Shown here: positions 47,593-61,237 of the stretch, one piece after another
Layout: each line of letters begins with the position of its first letter
How positions within the stretch are numbered: position 1 is the first letter of the stretch
Assembly: GCA_964016885.1 (NCBI GenBank)
Contig: OZ024750.1
Span: 6,448,001 to 6,512,000, forward strand
DNA: 64,000 bases
Direction: 5' to 3'
From: Eledone cirrhosa
Taxonomy: Eukaryota
Notes under the pieces: generated by a model
What the model saw: only the letters and a program-made list of their open reading frames with translations
Databases searched by the model: none
Told to the model about the DNA's origin: nothing
Position numbers and translations under genes: made by a program

Positions 47593-48038
47593 ACGTGATT
47601 CTGAAGTAAAGGTGGTGAACGGTGGCAGTAGCAGTGATGGCGGTGGTACAATTATTTCATTGTATTATACACTACTCACAACACTTTGCCCTGAATACTA
47701 AACGCTTACTAACCATCTTAATTTAGAAAGGAGAAATAAAGCAGAGAAATTTTACATAGATTTATTTACTAATTTACTTTTCTATGGTAATATTTTTACT
47801 TCTTTCCTTTATTTTATTTTCTGTGTATTTTATTTTATTTTCTGTTCAGTTTATTAGTTGTTTTCTTTTGTCAGATCGATATGTGTCCTTAAGCGGAATT
47901 CAAATTTGTGACTGACTGACTGTATTAAAGGATTCGAGTAGATAGACCAGTGTGTGGTTGTATGGTTGGCAGGAGAGGGTGTGGAGTTGGCTGTGTGATG
48001 CAATGAACGAGATATATATATATATATATGTGTATGTT

Positions 48039-48132
<94 letters not shown>

Positions 48133-48321
48133 GCGATTGTGGAAGTGGGGTCGTGTTTTGAGTTTGAGACTGTGTATATGTTTAAAGAAAGGATATATAT
48201 ATACACACACATATATATATATACACACTGGAAGAGTATGTATGTGTAAGAAAATATGTACCATGTGTATATATGAGAGTGGTGTAGGAAATAAGTAAAA
48301 GGCAATATAGTGTTTTGTGCC

Positions 48322-48587
48322 TATATGCAACATATGTGTATATGCAACATATGTGTATATGCAACATATGTGTATATGCAACATACGTGTATATGCAACA
48401 TATGTGTATATGCAACATATGTGTATATGCAACATACGTGTATATGCAACATACGTGTATATGCGACATACGTGTATATGCAATATATGTGTATATGCAA
48501 CATACGTGTATATGCAACATACGTGTATATGCGACATACGTGTATATACTACATACGTGTATATGCAACATATGTGTATATGCAACA
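48322..48587. repeat. Minisatellite, 17-bp unit x ~15
   Basis: GCAACATA(C/T)GTGTATAT. Confidence 0.95.
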
Positions 48588-48686
48588 GATAGAATGAGGT
48601 TAATTATATGCATATATGTTCCTTTCTCGATGTATATGTATGTATTTATATCTGTATATGTGCGCGTATATATATGTGTGTGTGTA

Positions 48687-48744
<58 letters not shown>

Positions 48745-49094
48745 TGTGTGTGTGTGAGAAATAAGTAAGAATTACTGAAACAATCAAATTGAGAGAACGA
48801 GGAAGGAAAGAAATGATCTGCAACCATGAAATGAAAGACTGTGTATGTGTGTGTGTCTGCACATGTAAATATGTCTGCGTATATATATATATGTATGTAT
48901 GTATATGTGTGTGTCCGTGTATAAAAATGCAAATAAGACAAGAAAACTCAATTATTCAATAAAAGTCTATATTCGTGCCACTCCAGCGTCTCACTACAGA
49001 GCTCCAAGTTTTACCTGTGTAGCGATAGTTCGTAGTGTCACTCTTTCCCGTGAAATTCCGAGCAGCTATGCAGCGAATAAACCGACCTCACACG

Positions 49095-49823
<729 letters not shown>

Positions 49824-49825
<2 letters not shown>

Positions 49826-50190
49826 AAAATTGAAAAAGTGGAGAATAACATGGTCAACAGTACAAAAAAGGGGATATATTTGCAGTCTAACAATTGTTTC
49901 ACTGATAAAGTTGTCTAAAAATTGCTGCAATTTTTAGACAACTTTATCAGTGAAACAATTGTCAGACTGCAAATAAATCCCCTTTTTTGTACTGCTGACC
50001 ATGTTATTGTCCACTTTTTCAATTTTATTACTCCAAGATAAACTTACACAGGAATACAAGTGAAATCATAACTCGTCATCTACGTAAACCTCTTGTTGAG
50101 TCAAGCAACGACGTACGCTAAAACTCTCCATAATAAGAAGTATTCACAACCTCTAATTGGATTACCTATAACGATATTTTGTTATCTTTT
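49824..50190. mobile_element. Fold-back element family 3: 205-bp palindrome plus tail, with hammerhead 3' half
   Basis: 102-bp arms centred on 49926; GAAACAATTGTC at 49952-63 (palindromic stem III plus GUC); tail 50029-50190; flanked by (TA)n. Confidence 0.6.
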
Positions 50191-50229
50191 ATATATATAT
50201 ATATAAATATAGAGAGAGAGAGAGAGAGA

Positions 50230-50452
50230 GAAAAGAGTCAGGACCACGACGGATGAGCTCCGGCCGATTGGGCAGCTAGATTCGATCTAAGCCAGCAGTA
50301 TTCTGGCCTAGTTCGGATCTAGCTGTCGAAACGGCCGAAGCTCAGCCGTCGGGGTCCTGACTCTTTTCCTATTACCCACTCTACTACCCTAAGTATTGAG
50401 TACTCTGGTGCGTTATGGTCCATCTGGTTCCTTACCACACTTTCTTTGTTAT
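50230..50452 (+). mobile_element. Fold-back element family 4, diverged subfamily with ~80-bp tail
   Basis: Imperfect palindrome 50230-50370 with GAAACGGC-cgaagctca-GCCGT-C-GGGGTC; tail 50373-50452 matches the reverse complement of 51991-52069. Confidence 0.65.
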
Positions 50453-50552
50453 ATAAACACACGTACAAAGAAACACTCAGAGGAATGGAACCTTGCACTT
50501 GACATCGGTAGAAAGTGAATAATAAACTGGTATGGAGAAGAGAGAGAGAGAG

Positions 50553-50672
<120 letters not shown>

Positions 50673-50789
50673 ATCTATATGATAAAGAAAGAATCGATGT
50701 AGTTGTTCCTTTATCTGTTAGTGTGTGAGGTGTTTCGATCACAAGACAAAATAACGATGTTACGACAAATGGTGGGGAAAGAGTAACTA

Positions 50790-51092
50790 AGTTGGAATAG
50801 TGGTCGGTGGAGCGTCGGCGAGATGGTGTTGAATAGTAAAGAGAGGAGGAGGGTTGGAATAGTGGTCGGTGGAGGGTGGAGGTGATAGTGTTGAATAGTA
50901 AAGAGAGGAGGAGGGTTGGAATATTGGTCGGTGGAGGGTCGAGGTGATGGTGTTGAATAGTAAAGAGAGGAGGAGGGTTGGAATATTGGTCGGTGGAGGG
51001 TCGAGGTGATGGTGTTGAATAGTAAAGAGAGGAGGAGGGTTGGAATAGTGGTCGGTGGAGGGTCGAGGTGATGGTGTTGAATAGTAAAGAGA
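50790..51092. repeat. Purine-rich minisatellite, 62-bp unit x ~5
   Basis: GGGTTGGAATAGTGGTCGGTGGAGGGTCGAGGTGATGGTGTTGAATAGTAAAGAGAGGAGGA. Confidence 0.93.
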
Positions 51093-51267
51093 GGGGGAGA
51101 GAGAGAGTGGAAGAGCAATGATGAAATCTAGATATATGCAGAAAAAGAGATAAAAATAAAGGTTTTTTTCCCAGCATCTTTTTCTGATGAAGACACTTAA
51201 GCTTGCCAAGGAAACTAGTTAAGGGAAAGCACATTGGAGCGCAAATTCAATTTTGATTCTGCCACAA

Positions 51268-51581
51268 CTATCATCACAACCACCACCACCACCACCATAA
51301 CCACCACAACACCACCACAACCAGCACCACTACCACCACCACCATCACCACCACCACAACATCACCACAACATCACCACCACTACCACCACCATCACCAC
51401 CACCACCATCACTACTACCACCACCACCACCACCATCACTACTACCACCACCACCACCACCACAACCATCACCATCACCATCACCATCATCACCACCACC
51501 ACCACCACCACAACAACATCACCACTACCACCACCACTACCACCACAACCATCATCACCACCACCACCACCACCACCACCA
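51268..51581. repeat. (ACC)n trinucleotide low-complexity tract
   Basis: Direct inspection. Confidence 0.9.
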
Positions 51582-51990
51582 AAGACCTCATCATTAACTT
51601 TTACCATCGTTAGTATCCTCACCAGCGCTAATACCACCATTGCTGTTACGTGCTAAATTTGGAATCCTGTTCTCTTGAACCAGAAACTATTTCGGGTTAC
51701 GAAGTGAAGTAAAGAACTATAATGATTTATTTCTAATGATAGAATTATATATATATAATTCTATCTTCATCTGAACTCTTTTACTGGTTCCAGTCAGTTG
51801 CCTCTGCTAAATTATAGCATCGTGAACAGAACAGGTCTGGTCGTTTTCCATGACCTGGCTAGGCGGAAGAAGCGTGTGGTACGCATCAGATAGCGCAATA
51901 CACAAAGCAGTTTATATATTATACACACATACATACTTAATAATATATATATATACATACATGTATATGTATATATATATATATATATAT

Positions 51991-52180
51991 ATAACAAAGG
52001 AATTGTGGTAAGGAACCAGATGGACCATAACGCACCAGAGTACTCAATACTTAGGTTAGTAGAGTGGGAAATAGGAAAAAGTATGACCTCGACGGCAGAG
52101 CTCAAGCCGTTTCGACGGCTATTTCTGGACTCAGTCGAAACGGCTTGAGCTCTGCCGTCGGGGTCATACTTTTTCCTATA
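51991..52180 (-). mobile_element. Fold-back element family 4 with ~80-bp tail
   Basis: Palindrome 52071-52180 plus tail 51991-52070, inside (TA)n; GAAACGGC-ttgagctct-GCCGT-C present on both arms. Confidence 0.65.
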
Positions 52181-54081
52181 TATATATATATATATATATA
52201 TTTACTATATATATATTTACTATATATATATACTATATATATACTATATATATATATATATTTACTATATATATATATATACTATATATATACTATATAT
52301 ATATATATATTTACTATATATATATTTACTATATATATATACTATATATATACTATATATATATATACTATATATATACTATATATATACTATATATATA
52401 TATATATATCTTCCGTCTCACTCAACAAACATTAGGATATACCTTAGTATAATCCCAATTATACGTTTGGGGTGCTAACTATACGTATTTTGCGGATAGC
52501 CAGTTGTATTATTTTATATGAGACATCTCTCTCTATATATATATGTAATGTCTTTCTCATTTCTGCTGCATTAGAAAACTTTACTATGGATCTTTTCTTT
52601 CAGCAACCAATTTTCCAAAAACCTCATCCCTTCCCCTTTTCCAGAAATAAATCCATCCTATGCGCTAATGTATTCCCGCTGGAGACTTCACTTAGAAATG
52701 CATCAGCCTCTACATTATTGAGATTAATCCTGCCTAACCATGCAATACCTCTAGTAAAAGATGATGTTAGTGTTCGTTCTTAGGATATGGTTTTCATAAG
52801 TACGGAACTATATTATGTAAGATTCATTCTTGGGACTAATCTAGGATTAAGAGAATGCAACTAAATGTAAAACAAACCCTATGAAACTTAGATAAGTGTG
52901 AGGAGAGCCCACTGGGAAACAAAGCTGCATATATTTCTTAGTTGACGCCCCATTTCTGTTTCTGTATTTAGTTGAGATGAATTAATAAGTATCTTGGAGT
53001 TAAGGGTGAGAAAATAAATATCTTGGCTTCATGTCTACACTTTACGAACAAGTCTTCTTTCTACCATCTACATCTCTCTCTCTTTCTCTCTCTCTCTCTT
53101 TTACCCGCAACTCTCTCTCTCTCTTACCCACCACCCTCTCTCTCCTCTCTCTCACTCTTCTCTCTCTCTCTCTCTCATGTCTTTCCTCTCTCATTTCTCA
53201 TACTCTTTCATCCGCCACTCTATCTCTTCCCTCTCTCCTCTCTCCCTCTTTCCCTTAACGTTCTCTCCACTATCTCTATTTCCTCCCTCATCTTCTCTTC
53301 TCTTTCTTCCTCTTTCCCCTACAAACACAAAAACAAACACACACACACCTAACCATACAACACATGGAACTCCATGTAACCTTAACATGTATATAGAAAA
53401 AGACACATACAGCCGAAGTATGTTCCCTTTTGCACTCATTTACATATTTCTTCTTTCTATTATTTCCTTTATTTATTTTTGTAATAAATCAAATAAATGA
53501 TCAAATAGTGTTTTCTAAAAAGATGTGCCACTTAGGTAATGAATAAAGTTTCATTAACCTTAAACAACTAATGGAATGCTCATTCTGCCAAATAATCTTC
53601 AGGGAAGAACCTTTTCTGGCACAACAGAAAGAATGGCTGGCCAATGTAACAGGTTGGGGTTTGAAGCAACAGATTTCAATATATTGATCGGTTGGTTGGC
53701 TGCAGGGAAATAGTCCCTTGCTGTGAGGTAGGATGACTCACAGAGAAATGGATAAAAAGAAGCGAATAAATTGGTTAGTTGGAAGAAAACAAAAAGAAGA
53801 AATCAAGAAATTTCATTTCTTTTCAATTCGTTTACTATATGGGTACTGGATAAATGCGTTGGGGTATACATGTATATGTGAATGTGACATGTATGCATGT
53901 ATGTATCTATAAAACTGTATGTGTATGCATGCATGTATATATATATATGTATGTATCTATAAATCTGTGTGTGTAGGTATGCATGTATGTGTGTATACAC
54001 GCATTGTATATCTAGCTATAAATAAGACTATCAATCTTTATTTTCGTCCATCCAGCTGTCAAACTATCTCCCTTTCTCATT

Positions 54082-54134
<53 letters not shown>

Positions 54135-54237
54135 CTCTACCTGTATATTTGTAATTTCTATGAAATATATTTAAGTACAATATATATATATACACACACA
54201 CATGGCGTCTAGTTAGATGTTTCTTCTCCCTTCACCA

Positions 54238-54396
54238 TATATGTATGTGTATATATATGTATATGTATATATATATATGTATATATATATATATGTATAT
54301 ATATGTTTATGTATATATGTATATGTATATATATATGTATATATATATATGTATATATATATGTATATATATATGTATATATATATGTATATGTAT

Positions 54397-54472
<76 letters not shown>

Positions 54473-54477
54473 ATGTG

Positions 54478-54510
<33 letters not shown>

Positions 54511-54631
54511 GTATATATATATGTATATATATATATATGTATATATGTATATATATATGTATATATATATGTATATATATATGTATATATGTATATATAT
54601 ATGTATATATATATATATGTATATATATATG

Positions 54632-54666
<35 letters not shown>

Positions 54667-54980
54667 GTATATATATATGTATATATATATATATATGTAT
54701 TTATATATGTATATATATGTGTATATATGTATATATATGTATATATGTGTATATATGTATATATATGTGTATATATGTATATATATGTGTATATATGTAT
54801 ATATATGTGTATATATGTATATATATGTATATATATGTATATATATGTATATATATATATATATGTATATATATATGTGTGTGTGATATTGATTTGCAGT
54901 CAGACTGACATATACAATATGGTTGTAATCAATTTATACATACATAATACCATATACTCTGATATATATATATATATATA

Positions 54981-55039
<59 letters not shown>

Positions 55040-55062
55040 GTGTGTGTGTATAGCGCAGAGTG

Positions 55063-55113
<51 letters not shown>
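54238..55113. repeat. (TA)n/TATG microsatellites
   Basis: Direct inspection. Confidence 0.95.
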
Positions 55114-55116
<3 letters not shown>

Positions 55117-55944
55117 ATATTATCCATCTTTCTAGATTTATTCCATATTATATAAATTTTTAACTTTGTTATTTCTGAGCAATATTTCTCTTATTCTGGT
55201 AAAGGAAAGTAAAATTACTACTTAAAGAAATCGAATCCTTTAGAATTTATAGTCTTATAACGATTTCTTATATTTATACATGATCAAATGATTTAGGGTG
55301 CTTAACTCCTGTTGGAGACGTAGGGACGCCAGCTGACACATGGCGTTTCTTAAGCTATTTAAACATGGAGGACCCCATCCCTGCGTGAAAGCGAGAAAGG
55401 GGAGGAATCGACCCCGGTACTTTATTTATCAACTATCAAATGACGAAAGGCAAAGATAAGGGTTCAGTGAGCCGGAAGAAATCCGTCACCATACTGACTT
55501 TACTAATTCGCCTCCTTTACTTATGAACTTAGGTGTATATGTGGGATAAATGGAATATTATAATTCTCAGGCCTTTTGAAATCGTATCCCTTGCTTAAAT
55601 CGATACTCACACATTGATTTCCAGCATCGATACAAAGCCTGAGTTTTTTTTTTTATTATTAGAAGAGAACATTAACTTCGAGTATTTGACTGATACTTAT
55701 TTCATCACCACCCACCACCTTCCCCACCACGAGGGAGTGAAAGTCGAAGTTGAACACAAGCCATAAAAACATGCAACTTAATACCGAAAAGTGTTATGTC
55801 AGACACTCAACGATGTAACTAACTCACTGTTCTTCGATACACAAATATCACAAGCGTTTATTAAACGCCAGGTTCACATTCTATTTGAATGTGAATAAAA
55901 TATAGTAAATTTGTGGTTCGGTAAATAAATATATACATATACAC

Positions 55945-56330
55945 CAGGTCCGAACACAAAGGAACCAAACCCCCACTGTCACTGCCTCCGTCTATTCCAC
56001 TCTGCCCCTCTCTCACTCTTATGAGCAAATGGGTGCCGGCGCACTAGCCCTGGGCGGACAGAATAGAGAAGGCGTTTCCCCGGAGGATGGTGACGGAGAC
56101 GCACTGGAAGAGCCAATCAAACTCGCGAGGCTCACACCTGGGGGTAGCCTACTCTGTGCTGATGGTGGTGAGTAGTGGGATGGCCCTAGGGCCCAGGACA
56201 GCAGAAGTCTCCACAGCTACGTGCTTGACCGCGCAAATCTGTCGGAGAGCAACCGATATTTGGAGAGTTTGCCCTTCTCGGCCCAAAGTGCAGCAGAGCC
56301 TTGGTTAGTCGCAGACACCACCAGGTTGCC
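55945..56330 (-). mobile_element. Second, decayed CRE-clade 3' fragment
   Basis: Nucleotide-homologous to 61278-61525; translates NLVVSATNQGSAALWAEKGKLSKYRLLSDRF/VAVETSAVLGPRA..EPREFDWLFQCVSVTILRGNAFSILSA with a frameshift and a stop. Confidence 0.75.
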
Positions 56331-56444
56331 ACTGAAGAATCTGTCATTAGTTTTATAGCTAAGATTAACATTTAACGCTGAGTTCATAAAACTTTCTGAT
56401 TTAGTATTCCATTTCTTTCATAATATTTTCGTTCGGTTTCTTCG

Positions 56445-56623
56445 ATAATTGTTTCTACTTTTGGCACAAGGCCAGCAATTACCCAGTGTATTACTGGTAC
56501 TTTATTTTATCGACCCCGTAAGGATGAAAGGCAAAGTTAACCTCGACGGGATTTGACCTCAGATCGTAAAGGGACGTAACTACGCTGGAAAGCATGTCTG
56601 ACCGTCTACCAATACTGCCAATT
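56445..56623 (-). mobile_element. SINE family A, with TSD
   Basis: Reverse-complement consensus flanked by TTCTTCGATAAT repeats (~56438 and ~56628). Confidence 0.9.
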
Positions 56624-56929
56624 CGGGTTCTTCGATAATGATGCTAGAATATAACAATCCTTGGGTGAGTAACGCAACACCTACCTGAATATATACAATT
56701 TTATCCTTACCTATCTATGATACAAAGAACTGAACATTTTGCTTTTCTGCTTTTTTTAAAGTTTCTTCCTGATTTGGTTATTTAAAAAGAAGAGAGAAAC
56801 AAATATAGAAAAGAGTAATTTATTTTTGATTAAAAAAAATGACTACATATATATTTATTTTTCTTTCTCCTTTGTTGTTCATTGTGTGTGGGAATATATA
56901 TATTACAGCTGGTTATATATGTGTCTGTC

Positions 56930-56975
<46 letters not shown>

Positions 56976-57196
56976 CTGTGTGATGCGTCTTTGTGCACGC
57001 TTTCGAAGTTTCATGTGACTGAGTTTTTCTTGAAACTAAAATATTCTACTCATAATTCTATATTCTTTCCAATTCTCATTACAAACTAAAATGTGTACAC
57101 TTCAGAATTCGTGATGTGGAAACCATATAAGAAACTTGTGGAGATCATAAGAGACATACATACATTGCAAACATATATTACACACAAGCCACACAC

Positions 57197-57239
<43 letters not shown>

Positions 57240-57530
57240 CACCTATACATGCGCACACATATTCACACGTTGTTAATCACATAAGAAATGCGGTACGGTA
57301 GCCTTCTAACAAGAAAACATGATAGAAAATGATGTTTTAATATTTTATATGTGTATTCATATTCATTTACAAAGAAGTATTGTATGTTAAATTGTGAGTA
57401 AAGCCTTCACCTGCTAGCTACAGAGGTGTAGTAAATGCTTGCCAGTGCAATTGCATCAGAAAAACATTCGAAATCTTCACACACATAAATATCTTAACAG
57501 AAATAGATTTGTTCATAGTTATTATTTTGT

Positions 57531-57662
57531 TGGTAGTATCGTTAAAGTATCGGAAAACATGCTTTGCAGCATATAGTTGCGGCCCTTTACGTTTTGAGCA
57601 CAAATCCCTGCGAGATTACGTTTGTCTTTTATCCTTATCGGGTCGATAAAATAAAGTACCAG
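57531..57662 (+). mobile_element. SINE family A fused to RTE fragment
   Basis: Ends at AAAGTACCAG, which is shared with the RTE sequence. Confidence 0.8.
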
Positions 57663-58067
57663 CCAAACTAATGGATGTTATCGAACTATCTTGCTCGTGG
57701 TCTACCTCTGGGTCTCCTGGAGGTTGGGTTTGCCCGTAATAAAATCTGTCCAGCGATTCTTTACTGAGATTTTCTAACCCCGTGTCCATAGTATTGGAGC
57801 TGTGATGTCTCATTTCAGAGAAATAGCGGTTCTACCTGGAACAAGTCCTCTGATCTCCGAGATACAAATCTGTCCAGCGATTTTTTTCCTGGGACATTCT
57901 AACCATATGTCCATAGTATCGGAGCTGTGATCTCTCATTTCAGAGAAGTATTGGCTCTACCTGGAGTGACTCTTCTGATCTCCCAGCTACAAATCTATCC
58001 AGTGATTCTTTCTTGAGATATTCTAACCACATTACCATAGTATCAGAGCTGTGATGTCTCAATTCAA
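57657..58067 (-). mobile_element. RTE-clade LINE fragment with internal ~124-bp tandem triplication
   Basis: Homologous to 10601-10740; units start at 57742, 57866 and 57991; unit translates roughly SLQVEPILL*NERSQLRYYGHMVRMSQE. Confidence 0.75.
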
Positions 58068-58112
58068 GAAAGTGTTTCGAAGTAAAATAGCTTAAAATTT
58101 AGTGTTGTTCAG

Positions 58113-58305
58113 GATGTTGGATTGGCAGCATCGGTAGAGCACGGACAACATGCTTTGTGGCATACAGTTACGGCCCTTTATTTTCTGAGTTAAAATTCCG
58201 CCGATGTAGCTTTATAATAAAATACCAGTAATGCACTGGGATCGAATTAATCGACTTTCCTCTCCTCCAAAATTGCTGGCCTTGTGCTAAATTAGAAACC
58301 ACTAC
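58113..58305 (+). mobile_element. SINE family A
   Basis: Consensus match with internal deletion. Confidence 0.85.
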
Positions 58306-58561
58306 TTCGGTTCGCTAGGATATTCCTTTCACTAGATTATTCATTCTGTTCACTACCAGCACATCGATCATTAGTAGGTTTGTATGTCATCGAACATCGT
58401 GTCAGTTAATCAGTCAAATCACATGACCAATTATTAATTCATTGTCTCGACATCTTCTGATTAGTATCGATAATTATTGCAGACATCTAATTCATTAGAT
58501 TTTATAAAATATATTTTTATTCTCACCCTCTATCTCTCTCTCCATCTCTCTCTCTCTCTCT

Positions 58562-58621
<60 letters not shown>

Positions 58622-58755
58622 TTATCACTCTCTTTCTATCTATCTATTATCTATTTCTATCTATCTAACTCTCTCTCACTCTCTATCTATTTCTTTCTCT
58701 CTCTCTATCTTACTCTCTCTATATACATGCATTTATTTATTCATTTGTTACAAGT

Positions 58756-58883
58756 CTAACTAATTGTACATAATGCTTCTTTCTATATTTTTCAGGTAAG
58801 ACATACATATATACATATATATATACTTCTATTTAAAAATACATAACGTTTAATTCCATATGAAAGTATTCATCAAGGTAAGT
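58756..58883 (+). promoter_or_regulatory. Candidate recursive splice site (ratchet point) with 82-nt RS-exon
   Basis: CTAAC/CTAAT branch motifs 58756-64, pyrimidine tract, TTTTTCAG|GTAAGA at 58795/58796, and a second consensus donor AAG|GTAAGT at 58877/58878. Confidence 0.5.
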
Positions 58884-59236
58884 TGAGCAATTTTCAACTA
58901 TTTAAACATGAAATTACTGGGGATTTTCACATACTAATTAAAGCAATTAGTAAAAACAGATCATTCATTATATATTAGTGATGTACTGACAGAAAAAAAA
59001 AGACATTAATTAATTTGCTGGTTTCGGAAAGAAAAAAAATTGAGATGAAATTTTTATTGTCTTCCCAGAGGGCGAAAGACATATTTTCCCCTGATTAGAT
59101 AATCGTTGATGCCAGTTTAGATCGTTCAATTATTGCTGTAACTTTTACCAACCAAATATGCGTAAAGGTCACGAAGTTTATCTCGAACTAATCAGGCAAA
59201 AACTATGTAGTTTCCTTGCTGTTATCATGTTGCCTT

Positions 59237-59568
59237 GTGGAGCTGTGTGGTTTTATGGTTAGGGGTATTTGGCTCACAATCATAAGGTCGTGAGTTCGAT
59301 ACCCGGCGATGCGGTGTGTCCTTAAGCAAGACACTTTATTTCACGTTGCTCTAGTCCACTCAGCTGGTAAATTATATGTTGTGTCTGCACTTCAAAGGAC
59401 CAGCCTTGTTACATTGTTCTGTGGCACACTGAATCTCCCTGAGAACTACGTTAAAGGTACGCGTGTCTGAGGACTGTTTAACTCCTTGCACGTTAGTTTC
59501 AAGAGCAAGTTGTTCCAGTGATTGGATCAACGTGAACACTCGTCGTCGTAACCGACGGAGTGCCAGTT
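59237..59568 (+). mobile_element. SINE family B2 (same head and CORE, different 3' body)
   Basis: GAGTTCGATACC B box, CCTTAAGCAAGACACTTT, body CTGAATCTCCCTGAGAACTACG. Relatives at 30555-30790 (+) and 62605-62900 (-). Confidence 0.8.
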
Positions 59569-59663
59569 TATTCTGTTGCTTTTATGATGTTAGTGTGAAC
59601 ACAACAGATACTTTACAAATGTTTTAGTCCAATGCCTTTTTCTTCTAAGTTCAAAATCTACCA

Positions 59664-59701
<38 letters not shown>

Positions 59702-59850
59702 GCCATGCTTTGCAGCATAGAGTTACGGCCCTTTACGGTCTGAGTTCAAATCCCGCCGAGGTTAACTTTGCCTTTCATCCTTACGGGGTCTATAAAATAA
59801 AGCACCGGTAATGCACTGGGTAATTGCTGGCCTTGTATAGAAACAATTAT
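59702..59850 (+). mobile_element. SINE family A, 5'-truncated
   Basis: Consensus match from GCCATGCTTTGC. Confidence 0.9.
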
Positions 59851-59937
59851 ATATAGAAATGACTTTTACAGGACAAGAACTGTTTCATTCGTATGAAATC
59901 ATCAGGAATGATATATATATATATATATATGTATTAA

Positions 59938-60145
59938 GTGTTTCCGTAGGAAAGGTAAAGGAAAGGAGAGTGCTCTATGTAAGCTACAGAGCTATTTAGT
60001 TATGTAATAAACAACACAAGACAATTATTCCATTTAGCAAAGGTTTCACGAAGGAGCGATTTCAGACGTCTGTGTCGAGCTCGTCTGTCTTCGTGAAACC
60101 TTTGGTAAATGGAATAATTGTCTTATGTTGTTTATTACATAACTA
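59938..60145. mobile_element. Fold-back hammerhead element family 2, copy 2 (CTGAT lost at the inversion)
   Basis: 57-bp arms 59997-60053/60089-60145; same tail and essentially the same two termini as 18863-19094; retains GAGCG..CGT-GAAACCTTTGGTA-AATGGAAT. Confidence 0.7.
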
Positions 60146-61237
60146 TATATATATAATCTTATCTTCTTGCTTAACGTTATAGTACGATCTCTCTTCTTAT
60201 AACCACACAACTGCTGCGTTTCCTGTTGTTATTATGCATATGGGTGTTTTTGTATGTGTGTATATGTTTGTTTTTTCTCTTGTTATCTAAGTTTGTAAGA
60301 CAGCACCCACCTAATTGTCAAGCACTACTCTTCACCTTTTATCTGCAGCACCACCAGCAGTGCCATCATTACCACCAGCATATTTCTATTGAAGATGCAA
60401 TTAATTCACCCCAATTTGCACCGACTGCTACAGTCAACCGTAAACATATGTCTGTGTCACTCAAAACATTCATTCATATACAACCACATAGTTTTTCAAT
60501 GAACATATACAACCTACAACCACCTTCACCACTATCATTATTCTGTTTACAAACATTGCACCCGTGATCGGATGTCTGCACTTTACACTTATCTTTCTCC
60601 TTGTTTTTCCTTTCTTTTTTTTTTTGTTATTGTTGTTGTTGTTCTTATTGTTCGTTTTTTAGTGGCTGTTTGTTTTTATATATTTCGAGTTTGCTTTACC
60701 CGTCCGCCTTCATTGTTTGTGATACGAAGCTATAACAAAGACCTCTCTTTCCCCGTTTATTTAAACCTTTGTCATCTTCTATCCCATATCATTTTCTGAG
60801 GTCAAAATCATAAAACAAAAATAAACTAAAGCACAAAATAAATAAAACTTAAATACAAAAGAAAAGATCGCTTTGTTTCTCACTTCCTAACCAAAATATT
60901 TTTTAAAATAATAAAATGGATAAAAAGCAACAAAACCCACCATAAATCTCCCAACGAGATGTCAAATAGAATCAAACTAAATATAGACTAAAATATCTTT
61001 CTCCAAAAAGACTTTCACTACAATAATGTTATTAAACATTATTTTCTTCCATCATCGACTATTCTCAAGTGCGAAACTGAGGTTAAGAGCTCAAGCTGTT
61101 TCCTCTATATTCTTCTTTCTTTATCTCTTCTTTAACCACACAATCAGCAATACATTGCTTTATTTTTTGTTTTACTAACTCCCTAAATCGCAGCTGGTCC
61201 GTTGCAACGAAACAGGGATGAACAATGAAAGTTTGGA

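Noticed and set aside
51175-51230. CTGATGA..GAAACTAGTT hammerhead-like motif
   Set aside because: Palindromic ACTAGT is suggestive, but stem II has no closing pairs and stem I is mostly G-U; not distinguishable from chance.
51234-51656. Mucin-like Thr/Pro ORF
   Set aside because: (ACC)n low-complexity tract without convincing splice or domain context.
52625-52765. Short minus-strand frame FTRGIAWLGRINLNNVEADAFLSEVSSGNTLAHRMDLFLEKGKG
   Set aside because: Protein-like composition but no family I can recognise and no clear splice signals; needs BLASTx.
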